Shown: positions 29,133 to 40,009, counted from the first letter of the stretch. The stretch: DNA of 64,000 nucleotides from Lachnoclostridium phytofermentans ISDg (GCF_000018685.1 NC_010001.1:2466258-2530257), one strand, 5' to 3'. Notes: generated from the sequence alone by a model not told the origin. Translations and numbers: made by a program.

Positions 29133-29459
29133 AGATAAAGAATTGAGTTTGACGTAACTGTTTTTTTCATCTATTATTATAATAAGCTTATTCATGATAG
29201 GGAAAAGTTCTTAAGGTCTACTTTTTCTTGATTAGGGTACAGAACAAGATTTTTTAGTTACTTCTCTACAAATTAGTTTCTTAAATCTTACATGTTAATA
29301 CCAATTTTCATAATACACCAGGAGTAACAAGAGTTACGAAAGAGCACTGCAACATCGTATTTACCGTGTGTAATCTATTAAAAGATGCTAACTTATCTGG
29401 TAACAATGTTTTGTCCCATCTGAATAGAATGGAACAATGATTATGAATGGGGGTAGAAA

Positions 29460-30002
29460 GTGAAAAATATATTTATTGGATTAGTATTTATTCTTCTTAA
29501 CTTTAATTTAAATCTAGGTGGTATGCAGATAGATTTGCTGCCTAATTTTGTAGGTTATTTGCTTATGATGAAAGGAATTGACGAACTAATCAAAGAAAGT
29601 GAATTTTTTGATAAGGTGAGACCATGGGCAGTTTTTATGGCTTGCTATTCAGGTGTCATTTTCATTCTTGATTTACTTGGTATCTCAAGTCAATTACAAG
29701 GTTTTTCAATTATTTTAGGTATTATTAATATAAGTATTACGCTCTATATATTATACCAAATTGTAAGTGGCGTCATGGATATAGAGAAGAAGTATGGAAT
29801 TTTTTTAGATGGAGATAAGTTAAAAGATCTATGGAAGTTTATGTCGATATTTAATGTGATAATTTACTTTTTAATGTTTTTTACCACATTAGCAGTTGTT
29901 CTAATGATTATTACAATAATCACATATATCATATTCCTTATAACATTTAATAATTCTAAGAATTTATATTATAATGAACGGGATAAGTTTTTTCATAGTT
30001 AA
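29460..30002 (+). CDS. Hypothetical multi-pass membrane protein
   Basis: About 5 hydrophobic helices. GTG start after the gggggtag RBS. Confidence 0.5.
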   Translation: MKNIFIGLVFILLNFNLNLGGMQIDLLPNFVGYLLMMKGIDELIKESEFFDKVRPWAVFMACYSGVIFILDLLGISSQLQGFSIILGIINISITLYILYQIVSGVMDIEKKYGIFLDGDKLKDLWKFMSIFNVIIYFLMFFTTLAVVLMIITIITYIIFLITFNNSKNLYYNERDKFFHS

Positions 30003-30093
30003 GATTCGTGGAAATGTTATAGATTAAACAGTTATTCATGACAAGGAAATGTTCGCGGATCGCACTTTTTCTTGTTTAGAAATGAGGATTAGT

Positions 30094-30912
30094 ATGTACC
30101 AAATTACAGTAGAAAATTTTGATATACGCAAGATTTGTTATTCTGGGCAATGTTTCCGTATGAAGGAAATTAGTGAAACTTCATATGAAGTTGTAGCATA
30201 TGGGCATTACTTAAGAATCAGCCAGCAAGACAATGAATTGACATTTTCTTGTACGGAAGGAGAGTTTCATTCAATTTGGAATGAATATTTGGGATTGAAT
30301 GTTGATTATGATACCATAACCGGACTTGTAAATGAAGATGATCGATATATGAAGTCAGCGATGTCTTTTGGTTGGGGAATTCGTATACTGAAACAAGAGC
30401 TATGGGAAACAATTGTTTCTTTCTTAATTTCACAGCAAAACAACATTCCAAGGATAAAGAAAAGTATTCAAATGCTCTGTGAACGTTATGGTGATGAGAA
30501 ATTAAATGAGAATGGCGATGTATATTACACATTTCCAAAACCTGAAGCATTCTTAAATTTAAAAGATAGTGAACTAAAAGAATGTAATTTGGGTTATCGT
30601 ACGAAATATATTCTCAGAACTGCAAAAGCAGTTGTAGATGGTAGTTTTGATTTAGAAGGTTTACCAAATCTAAGTTATGAAGATGCGAAAAAAGAACTGA
30701 TGAAATTATATGGTGTTGGTATCAAGGTTTCAGAATGTATCTGTTTATATGCTCTACATCACTTTGATGCTTTTCCAATTGATACACATATTCAAAAGGT
30801 ATTGGAATTAAATTATCCTGGTGGATTCCCTTTTGATAAGTATCGAGGGTATTCGGGAGCATTGCAACAATATGCATTTTATTATGATTTGAATGAGGCG
30901 AAGATAGGGTAA
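30094..30912 (+). CDS. ogg: 8-oxoguanine DNA glycosylase / N-glycosylase-DNA lyase (bacterial Ogg1-like, HhH-GPD)
   Basis: N-terminus FDIRKICYSGQCFRM. HhH-GPD element LMKLYGVGIKVSECICLYALHHFDAFPIDTHI. RBS gagga 6 nt before the ATG at 30094. Confidence 0.8.
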   Translation: MYQITVENFDIRKICYSGQCFRMKEISETSYEVVAYGHYLRISQQDNELTFSCTEGEFHSIWNEYLGLNVDYDTITGLVNEDDRYMKSAMSFGWGIRILKQELWETIVSFLISQQNNIPRIKKSIQMLCERYGDEKLNENGDVYYTFPKPEAFLNLKDSELKECNLGYRTKYILRTAKAVVDGSFDLEGLPNLSYEDAKKELMKLYGVGIKVSECICLYALHHFDAFPIDTHIQKVLELNYPGGFPFDKYRGYSGALQQYAFYYDLNEAKIG

Positions 30913-31012
30913 ACAAGATAAAAATCTATGTCTTTAGAAGAGCACTCCTTTTTTCAGGTGTGCTCTTCTAAAATACTGCGTATTTATTTAATAGGCCTGA
31001 TTACTTTTTGCT

Positions 31013-32989
31013 TTAATCTTTTATAGTTACTTGTTCCTTTTCGCTCTCAGATATCTTTGGTAATGAAATCCCTAATTTATCGATAGTAATAAGCTTAAGA
31101 AGTGCATCTAAAATAGTGGAACTAGAGGAAGCACCATCTTCGCCTGAATTTCCCATCGTAACGATTGTTTTTGGAACAATGTCTACTTGGGTATTCTTAA
31201 TAGCATCGGCTAATTTATCTGTTATCTCTTGGATAATTCTATATTCGGATCCACCATATGCTTTTACTTGAGCATCGATTGCTTGTGCTTTTGCTAATCC
31301 GATATTACTTTCTTTTGATGCGTCTGCTTCACCTTCTAAACGAACTTTAGAAGCATTTGCTTTCGCAAGAGCAATGATTTGATTTGCTTCTTGTTCTGCC
31401 TTACTTGCAAGAGCAGCACCGTTATTTCCTTCTATTTCAATTTGAATCTTAGATTTTGTTAGATAACTTTGTTGTTCTGCAATTGCCTGCGCTTCACGAA
31501 GTGATTTTTCACTCTCCGCAGCGGACTGTTGCTTTTGATATGTAATTTTCTTTTCTTCTGCAATTTGTCTTTCTCGAAGCTGTGTTAGGATATTTTCAAT
31601 TTGTATATCGTCTTTTGATGATTTTGGAGTACCAATCAAAACCTCTTCCAATTGAAGATTGTATTTCTCAAATTTTTCTTTCATTTCTACAACAGCTCGT
31701 TCTCTAATGGCACTACGTTCTTGAATCAGCTCTATTAATGTTTTCGTTTGCGCAACGTCTTTAAAATATGCACTAACTAGTGGATCAAGCGATTGGTTAA
31801 CAAGCATGCTAATATCACCAAACCGTTGTATTACCCACGGTGCTTGTTTGTAATCAATATGCATTACCACAGAAAGTGGGAGAGATGGCTCGAAAGCATC
31901 CTTTGTGATAATATCAACTTCCGATAAATTTTGATCATATTTGTGTTCTCCGACTTCACCACGGTTCCATTTTAATATGATATTCGTTGTAGGTACTAAA
32001 ACCACTTTCCCTGCATCGGTATTAAACGCATATTTTCCTGGCATTAATGGTTTTTGTAAAACACCTTTACAACCGGTTTCAACAAGCTCACCATGTCTAT
32101 AGTCTGCACCCGTTGTATCGACTCCTTGTTTCCCAAAGAAACTTACGACTACTCCGACATAACCAATTGGTACCACAGTCTTTGGACGATATTCTACGGT
32201 TGCAAATAAACGGTTGATATAGTAGGTTCCATCGGTTAAGACTTCGATTTGCTTTCCTCTACGTCCGCCAAGCTCAATGAATTTTTCTGGATCTTGATAA
32301 CTTGAGTGACCTTCTCCAACGTATGGGGCAATGATTTCTCCTTGTTGTAACGGAAGACTATCATGAATAGTAACGATACCCATTAAATCGCTGGTTTCAT
32401 TTCCTTTTCCCATAATGACAACTGGAACAAAAGCATTTCGTTGAATTAATGTTTGTTGCATACTCTCAAGATCTAATCGTTCTTTTTTAGTACCACTCAA
32501 AATAGCTTTAATTTCATTCAGAGTAATAACTACAAACTGAGCTAGATTAATCGCATAAGTACCTTCTCTTAGTATCCCACGCTGCGGACCTTTTTGCCCA
32601 CCATTTTTTAAAAAGCCCCTAACATCTTGAAAATTAATTGCTTCTGGTATCACTTTACCCAAAGACTGTGTTGGTGAGAGTGGAATACCATCTTTTGCGA
32701 AGATGTAGGCAATTTGCCCTTGAGGTATTGTGATTAATGGATACTTATGAATACGATACATAAGTGTTGAACGAAAGTGAATACCACCCCGAAGTAAATC
32801 AGGAGAATAACCTGCTTCGCCATTTAGAGCTATGATTGAATTTCTTAATGAACCATGAATACTCCACCATTTTTCTACGACAGCAACTTCATTTGACCGA
32901 ATCATTCGAAGCCCAAGGATCTGGAAAATTAGTACATATACAGCTACAAGAATACCTCCAATTATTATGGCTATGACATATGGATTCAT
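31013..32989 (-). CDS. Flotillin-like SPFH/Band-7 domain protein (YqiK/FloT family), 658 aa
   Basis: N-terminal TM helix, SPFH domain and a long C-terminal Ala/Glu-rich coiled coil. RBS ggaggggg precedes MNPYVIAII. Confidence 0.75.
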   Translation of the reverse strand: MNPYVIAIIIGGILVAVYVLIFQILGLRMIRSNEVAVVEKWWSIHGSLRNSIIALNGEAGYSPDLLRGGIHFRSTLMYRIHKYPLITIPQGQIAYIFAKDGIPLSPTQSLGKVIPEAINFQDVRGFLKNGGQKGPQRGILREGTYAINLAQFVVITLNEIKAILSGTKKERLDLESMQQTLIQRNAFVPVVIMGKGNETSDLMGIVTIHDSLPLQQGEIIAPYVGEGHSSYQDPEKFIELGGRRGKQIEVLTDGTYYINRLFATVEYRPKTVVPIGYVGVVVSFFGKQGVDTTGADYRHGELVETGCKGVLQKPLMPGKYAFNTDAGKVVLVPTTNIILKWNRGEVGEHKYDQNLSEVDIITKDAFEPSLPLSVVMHIDYKQAPWVIQRFGDISMLVNQSLDPLVSAYFKDVAQTKTLIELIQERSAIRERAVVEMKEKFEKYNLQLEEVLIGTPKSSKDDIQIENILTQLRERQIAEEKKITYQKQQSAAESEKSLREAQAIAEQQSYLTKSKIQIEIEGNNGAALASKAEQEANQIIALAKANASKVRLEGEADASKESNIGLAKAQAIDAQVKAYGGSEYRIIQEITDKLADAIKNTQVDIVPKTIVTMGNSGEDGASSSSTILDALLKLITIDKLGISLPKISESEKEQVTIKD

Positions 32990-33179
32990 AAAAACTCCCC
33001 CTTCCTGTGAAATTTTTTTGCTTAATTTATAGAGTACTAGTCTTAAAACTAATTCATTATATTCTAATAATATTGTGTTTAGAATTCGTATCTTCACGTT
33101 TTCTGTCGATTGGAAATACTAGAAAGGTACATAAATATATTTAAATTTTAATGTATTACATCATGGTTCCAAGGAATTA

Positions 33180-33345
33180 ATTAAGGAATGATAGATTTGT
33201 GATTGATATGTGAAAGAATTATATTATTTAAAGATCTATATTATTGATAGAACTGTATTATTTGATAGACTTGTAGTATCGATAGATTAGTAGTATTAAT
33301 TTATTTGTAGCATAGTTTTGTATTGATAGGATTATATGTATAAAT
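33180..33345. repeat. Array of about 6 degenerate ~18-bp direct repeats (tattgataga-like) in a divergent promoter region
   Basis: tattattgatagaactg, tattatttgatagacttg, tagtatcgatagattag, tattgataggatta and so on. Confidence 0.5.
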
Positions 33346-33493
33346 AAAGGTATATGTACTGATATTATTGGATTTATATGGTTATAAGAACTTGTGAATC
33401 TTTTATAAATATTATATACTGTAAGTATATGTCAATTGAAAACTGTAGGGTAATTCAATTCGTAAAACATGAAGTGAATGAGGGAGAGAGTAA

Positions 33494-33895
33494 ATGAGAA
33501 GGTGCGAAAAGTGCGGAGAATTAATCGGTGATTCAGTAACAAAATGTTTTAATTGTGGTGAGATAACAAATTTTGCAAATAAAGAACGTACATACCGATG
33601 TAGGGACTGTGGAGAGCCACTATTGAGGGCATCGGATAAATGTATAAAGTGTGGAGGTGACGCAGAATCCATAAGACTTTGGTCAGAGGAAACACCTATG
33701 CAGTATGAATCTGATTCTATTGGCTGCCTCGGTTATTTTGTAGCAATATTATTTACGCCATTATCTTGTATAATAGCTATCCTATGTTATTTTAGTAATG
33801 GAAGTGAGAAAGCGAAAAAAATTTCTATTGTTTCTGCAATTACATTTTTAATTCTTGCAGGGCTTAGAATTCTTCTTTCTATTATTTTAATATAA
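33494..33895 (+). CDS. Double zinc-ribbon protein with C-terminal TM helices
   Basis: CEKCG...CFNCG and CRDCG...CIKCGG pairs, followed by two hydrophobic segments. Confidence 0.6.
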   Translation: MRRCEKCGELIGDSVTKCFNCGEITNFANKERTYRCRDCGEPLLRASDKCIKCGGDAESIRLWSEETPMQYESDSIGCLGYFVAILFTPLSCIIAILCYFSNGSEKAKKISIVSAITFLILAGLRILLSIILI

Positions 33896-34159
33896 GTAAG
33901 ACGCAGTTTTTCATATTATATTTATGAAATTAGACTACCACAATTATGGGACTTTAGGCTTTGATTAAGGTCGTAAAAAGTAGATTGTTGTGCTATACTA
34001 TCCTTAAAGGAAAGAGTTAAGACAGACAGTATAAAAACAACATTTAGTTCATTTCCTACCTAAAAAAGTTATTTTGATTTAAATCTTCATTTGCATATAA
34101 CTAGCTGCAGTTCCAGATGAATCAGGAAAGAATAAAACTACATAGAAAAGAGAGAGAAT

Positions 34160-36082
34160 ATGAAGGCAGATTTAACATGGTTGGATAACCCAGAAGTGTT
34201 TCGTGTCAATCAGTTAGCAGCTCACAGTGATCACCCTTTTTACAAGAGTAAGGAGGAGATGGAACTAAGTACTTCCGAGGTTCCCTTTAGTCAGAATTTT
34301 ACCGAGAAAAACTCCTTACTACAATCGTTAAATGGTACGTGGCAGTTTCGATATTCTGTGAGTGCAAAAGAAAGACCAGAGTATTTTTATCAAGAAGATT
34401 TTATCGGAAGCGACTTCGATGAAATTGCGGTTCCATGTCATATTGAGTTAGCAGGTTATGATAAAATACATTATATTAATACGATGTATCCATGGGAAGG
34501 CCATTACTATCGAAGACCGGCGTATTGTTTAGGAAATGATAGTTTGAGAGGAACCTTTAGTGAGGCTTCTTATAATCCGGTTGGATCTTATCGGAAACGC
34601 TTTGATATAGAGAAAGGCTTACTTGGAAAAAGAGTGTGCATAAGTTTTGAAGGCGTAGAACAAGCAATGTATATCTGGTTAAATGGGCAATTTATTGGTT
34701 ATGCAGAAGATAGTTTTACCCCTTCCGAATTTGATTTAACACCTTACATAAAGGAAAAAGATAATATTTTAGCGGTAGAAGTTCATAAAAGAAGTACGGC
34801 CGCTTTTCTTGAAGATCAGGATTTCTTCCGATTCTTTGGTATCTTTCGAAATGTTACCTTGTATGCAAAACCTGAGATACATATTGAAGATATGTGGGTT
34901 AAACCACAATTAAATGAAGATAACTCTTCAGGAAAACTTGGACTTGAGTTAAAGATATCGAATCGGATTGAATTAGGGACGATAACACTTAAGGTTCAAG
35001 ATGATAATCATAAAATTATACTTGAAAAAAGCATAGAAGCGAAAGAAAAAGTTAGTTATGAATCAAATGTAATAGAGAATATTATTCCTTGGTCATATAA
35101 AAATCCATATTTATATACGGTAAATCTTGAAGTATATGATAACAGTGGATGCTTAGTTGAAATTGTACCATATAGAATAGGATTTCGAAGGATTGAAATC
35201 AAGGATAAACTTATACTTCTCAATGGAAAACGACTAATAATTAATGGTGTGAACCGCCATGAGTGGAGTCAGACCAGTGGAAGATGTATTAATTTATCTG
35301 ATATGCAGACAGATATGAAACTGATTCTTCAAAATAATATTAATGCTGTTCGTACCAGCCATTATCCAAATCAGATACCTTGGTATTATCTTTGTGATGT
35401 TAGTGGCATCTATGTCATGTCTGAGACGAACTTAGAATCTCATGGCTCATGGCAAAAGTTGGGAGCTATAGAACCTTCTTGGAATATGCCGGGTAGTATT
35501 CTACAGTGGAAAGAAGCCGTAGTTGACCGTGCGAGAACTAATTTTGAAACCTTTAAGAATCATACCTCAATACTATTTTGGTCCCTAGGGAATGAATCCT
35601 ATGCAGGAGATAATATCGAGAGTATGAATCAATTCTTTAAAGAAAATGATGCTAGTAGACTTGTACATTATGAAGGAGTAGTGAATAACAGAGCTTATGA
35701 ATCTACTATATCCGATGTAGAGAGCCGTATGTATGCGTCTTCTAAACAAATAGAAGAATATTTGGAATCAGATCCAGCAAAACCTTTTATTTTATGCGAA
35801 TATATGCATGATATGGGAAATTCTTTGGGTGGGCTGAAATCATATATTGACTTGATACCTCGTTATGAGATGTATCAAGGTGGATTTATTTGGGATTTTA
35901 TCGATCAAGCATTATTAGTAAAGGATGAGATATCAGGTGAGATGGTACTTCGATACGGAGGAGACTTCGATGACAGACCTTCTGACTATGAATTCTCAGG
36001 AGATGGAATCGTATTTGCAGATAGAACAGAAAAACCATCAGTACAGGAGGTGAAATATTACTATGGATTGTATCAATCATAA
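34160..36082 (+). CDS. lacL: Beta-galactosidase large subunit LacL (GH2; sugar-binding, Ig-like and TIM-barrel domains)
   Basis: WSLGNESYAG (acid/base region) and ILCEYMHDMGNS (nucleophile region) match LacZ catalytic motifs. 640 aa. Confidence 0.85.
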   Translation: MKADLTWLDNPEVFRVNQLAAHSDHPFYKSKEEMELSTSEVPFSQNFTEKNSLLQSLNGTWQFRYSVSAKERPEYFYQEDFIGSDFDEIAVPCHIELAGYDKIHYINTMYPWEGHYYRRPAYCLGNDSLRGTFSEASYNPVGSYRKRFDIEKGLLGKRVCISFEGVEQAMYIWLNGQFIGYAEDSFTPSEFDLTPYIKEKDNILAVEVHKRSTAAFLEDQDFFRFFGIFRNVTLYAKPEIHIEDMWVKPQLNEDNSSGKLGLELKISNRIELGTITLKVQDDNHKIILEKSIEAKEKVSYESNVIENIIPWSYKNPYLYTVNLEVYDNSGCLVEIVPYRIGFRRIEIKDKLILLNGKRLIINGVNRHEWSQTSGRCINLSDMQTDMKLILQNNINAVRTSHYPNQIPWYYLCDVSGIYVMSETNLESHGSWQKLGAIEPSWNMPGSILQWKEAVVDRARTNFETFKNHTSILFWSLGNESYAGDNIESMNQFFKENDASRLVHYEGVVNNRAYESTISDVESRMYASSKQIEEYLESDPAKPFILCEYMHDMGNSLGGLKSYIDLIPRYEMYQGGFIWDFIDQALLVKDEISGEMVLRYGGDFDDRPSDYEFSGDGIVFADRTEKPSVQEVKYYYGLYQS

Positions 36083-37043
36083 GGATTCAGATAAATTACA
36101 GATTGTCTATGGAGACGTAGTCTTAGGAGTCCATGGCAATGGCTTTCATTACCTCTTTTCTTATCAGGTGGGTGGTTTGGAATCCTTAGTAATCGACGGA
36201 AAAGAGTGGTTATATCGTAGTCCAAAACCTACTTTTTGGAGAGCAACTACATGCAATGACAGAGGAAATGGATTTCCATTACGTTCTGGAATGTGGCTAA
36301 GTGCTGATTGCTTTATCAGATGCAGTGAGATTACATTAAAAATTGATGGTGAAGAGAAAAAGCCTCAAATTGCTCCTGATAATAATCAGTATTCATCAGA
36401 GGAATTTACCTCCAACGTCTCAATCACTTTCACTTATGAGACAATAACTGTTCCTTCTACAACTGTAGACGTAGAATATGAGGTGCTTCCATCAGGTATC
36501 ATCAATGTAAATGTTCATTATCACGGCAACGCTACATTACCTGAACTACCGGTTTTTGGTATGCGATTTATTATGCCAACCAAAGCAACCTCATATCGTT
36601 ATGAAGGTCTATCAGGTGAAACCTACCCAGATAGAATGGCTGGTGGACTAGAAGGAATTTATGAAATTGAAGGACTTCCAGTTACGAAATATTTGGTACC
36701 TCAAGATTGTAATGTACACATGAAGACAAAATGGGTAGAGGTGTACCGTAATACTACGAAAAATAATTCCGATCATGATAACCAGAAATTTGGACTGAAA
36801 ATTTCCAGTATCAATAAAGAATTTGCATTTTCATGTATTCCTTATACTGCTCTGGAACTGGAGAATGCGACTCATCAGGAAGAACTTCCTTTTCCAAGAC
36901 GTACTGTTTTGTCCATCCTTGGAGCTGTCAGAGGTGTTGGAGGAATTAATAGTTGGGGTGCAGATGTTGAACCAGAATATCATATCAATGCAGGTGAGGA
37001 TATATGTTATTCGTTTCAGATTTCAAAAGCGAAGTCCATGTAA
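36063..37043 (+). CDS. lacM: Beta-galactosidase small subunit LacM (GH2 C-terminal Bgal_small_N domain)
   Basis: 326 aa. Overlaps lacL by 20 nt as in the Lactobacillus lacLM genes. Corresponds to LacZ domain 5. Confidence 0.8.
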   Translation: MDCINHKDSDKLQIVYGDVVLGVHGNGFHYLFSYQVGGLESLVIDGKEWLYRSPKPTFWRATTCNDRGNGFPLRSGMWLSADCFIRCSEITLKIDGEEKKPQIAPDNNQYSSEEFTSNVSITFTYETITVPSTTVDVEYEVLPSGIINVNVHYHGNATLPELPVFGMRFIMPTKATSYRYEGLSGETYPDRMAGGLEGIYEIEGLPVTKYLVPQDCNVHMKTKWVEVYRNTTKNNSDHDNQKFGLKISSINKEFAFSCIPYTALELENATHQEELPFPRRTVLSILGAVRGVGGINSWGADVEPEYHINAGEDICYSFQISKAKSM

Positions 37044-37300
37044 GAATTAGATACCAGGCGGCAATCCATGAAAAATTAAAATGCAAAAAGGATTAAATCT
37101 CTTTTGCCTTTTCCAACTTACTGAAATAAGTTTTAGCAATCATTAATTTCAAGTATTGTTAATATTCTGACCCAGAAATTCCGTTAGGTGCAGATAAAGT
37201 TGATATCTCATTAATATATAACTATATAGATACTAGTAGTTCAACACTTGAGGCGGCTATAATTAGAGAAGACTAGTACTAATAGGAAAGGAAGGATAGA

Positions 37301-38314
37301 ATGAAGCAGGTTGTAATACCAAATACAGATTTGAAAGTATCTAATATATGCCTAGGTGCAGGTAACTTTGGTGATAAGCTAAACGAAGAGGAAGTATATC
37401 AGGTCCTAGATGCCTTTGTTTCAGCGGGTGGTAACTTTATTGATACAGCGAAAGTATATTGCAGTTGGGCTACAGGCGATAACAGCAGTGAGCAATACCT
37501 AGGAAGATGGCTTAAATTACGAAACGCTTATCAAAATGTCATGATAGCGACAAAAGGTGGTCATTTTTACATTGGAGATAAAGAAAAGAAATCTCGTGTA
37601 AGTAGACAAGAAATAGCAACTGACCTAGAGGAGAGCTTACAAACTTTGGGACTTGACTGCATTGGAATGTATTATCTACATCGCGATGATAAACTATTAC
37701 CAGTAGAAGAAATCGTAGATTTCTGCGAGGATTTTGTAAAAGAAGGAAAAATACGCTACTATGCCTTTTCTAACTGGGATATAGACAGAGCAGAGAGTGC
37801 TTTAGATTATGCCAAAACTACAGGGAAAAAAGGCTTTGTAGCATTGTCAAATCAGTACAGCCTAGCTTATGTAGAGAAAAAAAATAACATGAATCCGGAT
37901 AAGACACTTATATTGACTGATATGGATTACCTAGCATGGCATAAGAAGACGGGTATCCCTTTGATCCCTTATACCTCTGTTGCAAATGGATTTTTTGAGA
38001 AATTACGAAACAGTGGTGCATATCATAATGGCACTACACAACCGGAACTTCTAAAAAATACAATGTCTGAAAGGATGATAAGAGCTTTTATCAATCCTTG
38101 TAATTTAAAGAGATATGAAATTTTAGATGAACTGCAAAAAGAACTTGGATATTCCATGATTGAATTATCGCTTGCTTATTTAACCAATCACAGTGCACCG
38201 ATTATTCCAGTGGTATCTGTTCGTAATACTATGCAATTAGAACCTGTCGTACGTGCAAGTGAAATTGTATTACCAAAAGACGTAATAGCTAAGCTTGATG
38301 AATGTGCGAAATAA
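37301..38314 (+). CDS. Aldo/keto reductase family oxidoreductase
   Basis: LGAGNFG...IDTAKVY...GRWLK, AKR catalytic tetrad region. Confidence 0.8.
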   Translation: MKQVVIPNTDLKVSNICLGAGNFGDKLNEEEVYQVLDAFVSAGGNFIDTAKVYCSWATGDNSSEQYLGRWLKLRNAYQNVMIATKGGHFYIGDKEKKSRVSRQEIATDLEESLQTLGLDCIGMYYLHRDDKLLPVEEIVDFCEDFVKEGKIRYYAFSNWDIDRAESALDYAKTTGKKGFVALSNQYSLAYVEKKNNMNPDKTLILTDMDYLAWHKKTGIPLIPYTSVANGFFEKLRNSGAYHNGTTQPELLKNTMSERMIRAFINPCNLKRYEILDELQKELGYSMIELSLAYLTNHSAPIIPVVSVRNTMQLEPVVRASEIVLPKDVIAKLDECAK

Positions 38315-38512
38315 TATAACGTTTTCATTTAAAATAATATTACGTTTTCATTTACAATATTGATTGTTGGCTTTATAGCTAAATATTGAGTGTTGACTTA
38401 ATAACAAACTTTTGAGAGTTAGTATAAGAACCATCATAAAAAGTTAAGGATCCTTATTGATGAAGGAGTAATATGCTATGCCAAATTCCGTATGTGCACA
38501 AAGGAGGTCTCT

Positions 38513-40009
38513 ATGAATTATCAAAATCCTATTATTAGGGGATTTTATCCGGATCCAAGTGTATGCTTTGCAAATGGTAAATATTATTTAGTCTGCAGTT
38601 CCATGCAGTATTTTCCTGGTGTACCCTTATTTGAAAGCGAGGACTTGGTAAATTGGACTCAGATTGGCCACTGTCTAACAAGACCTGATCAGATTGCATT
38701 ACAAGGGGTCAGCAGTTCAGGCGGGGTTTTTGCTCCTTCCATACGATATTTTGAAGGTCGATTCTACATGACCACCACGAACTCTACCACTCAGCAGAAT
38801 TTTTTTGTTTGGACGGATGATATCTATGGTGAATGGTCCGACCATATTTTCATTGATCAGGACGGAATCGATCCATCCCTATTTTTCGAAAACGGAAAAA
38901 GTTATTTTATGAGCAACGGATCTGATGCAGAGGGAATATCAGGTATCGTGCAATGTGAAATCGCTATCGACACAGGTAAAAAGCTTTCCCCAAGTAAAAC
39001 TATCTGGCAGGGTTCAGGTGGTCGTTATTTAGAAGGACCCCATTTATATAAAATCAAAGATTATTATTATCTGGTAGCTGCAGAGGGAGGTACTGAATAT
39101 GGTCATATGGTCACCTATGCCAGAAGTACTTCTCCTTACGGTCCCTTTGAAGCCTACCCTAGCAATCCGGTCCTTACTAACAGAAACCTAGGTGGTTTTC
39201 AAATTCAAGGTGTCGGGCATGGTGATTTGATTGAAGCTCCTGACGGAAGTTTTTGGATGCTTCACCTGGGTTTTCGTCAGACAGGTAGGTGGACTACCTT
39301 CCATCATTTAGGAAGGGAAGTATTCCTGTCACCGGTGAGTTTCCATGATGATGGATGGTTTACTGTTGGAACAGACGGAACTACTTCAGAATATGTTGAG
39401 GTACCTTTTACATATAAAGTGCAGGAGTTCAAAACCGAATATACTTTTTGTAATACAGACTTTGAGAAGGACTGGTGCTACCAAAGGCATCCTTCTAGGG
39501 AAAACTATTCATTATCCCAAAGTCAAATTATATTAAATGGAAACAGTATCTCACTTGATGATGTTGATTCTCCGACTTTTATCGGATTAAGGCAGAAAGA
39601 ATTCTGCTGTCGCATAAATTGTGATATTGAAATTGACCGTGGTGAAGCAGGCATAACTTTTTACATGGACGAAAACCACCATTATGATCTTGCAATATCG
39701 AAATATCCAGAAGGCTTCCGAGTAATCGTAAGGTTATGTATTGGTAATATAAAATCCATTGAAGCTGAATATTCTTTAGGTGATAGCAATCGTGCTTCCT
39801 TCATAATTGATTCTAACAGTCAACAGTACAGTTTTTATGTCAAATCAGAAAATGAAATCATCCATCTTGGTACCGGGTTGACCCGTTATCTTTCCTCCGA
39901 AGTTGCTGGTGGATTTACCGGAGTTATCATTGGTTTATATGCTCTTGATCATAACTCCATAAATACTGCTAAATTCAAGGATTTTAAATGTGAATACTTG
40001 CATGAATGA
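38513..40009 (+). CDS. GH43 glycoside hydrolase (beta-xylosidase/alpha-L-arabinofuranosidase) with C-terminal beta-sandwich domain
   Basis: NPIIRGFYPDPSVC...YYLVCSS...PLFESEDLVNW is the GH43 five-bladed propeller N-terminus. RBS aaaggagg. Confidence 0.85.
   Translation: MNYQNPIIRGFYPDPSVCFANGKYYLVCSSMQYFPGVPLFESEDLVNWTQIGHCLTRPDQIALQGVSSSGGVFAPSIRYFEGRFYMTTTNSTTQQNFFVWTDDIYGEWSDHIFIDQDGIDPSLFFENGKSYFMSNGSDAEGISGIVQCEIAIDTGKKLSPSKTIWQGSGGRYLEGPHLYKIKDYYYLVAAEGGTEYGHMVTYARSTSPYGPFEAYPSNPVLTNRNLGGFQIQGVGHGDLIEAPDGSFWMLHLGFRQTGRWTTFHHLGREVFLSPVSFHDDGWFTVGTDGTTSEYVEVPFTYKVQEFKTEYTFCNTDFEKDWCYQRHPSRENYSLSQSQIILNGNSISLDDVDSPTFIGLRQKEFCCRINCDIEIDRGEAGITFYMDENHHYDLAISKYPEGFRVIVRLCIGNIKSIEAEYSLGDSNRASFIIDSNSQQYSFYVKSENEIIHLGTGLTRYLSSEVAGGFTGVIIGLYALDHNSINTAKFKDFKCEYLHE

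Noticed and set aside
30049-30093. Tool start at 30049 for ogg, with an alternative short uORF reading of the duplicated motif.
   Set aside because: Ogg homologs begin at the MYQITVENFD-type N-terminus. RBS gagga precedes 30094. The upstream ATGs lack RBSs.
33880-33910. Identical 13-nt word aagacgcagtttt shared with the 5450 terminator.
   Set aside because: There is no complementary upstream arm here, so the match is probably coincidental.
36823-37050. 75-aa ORF in an alternate frame inside lacM.
   Set aside because: Same-strand alternate frame within a well-supported gene, with no RBS.
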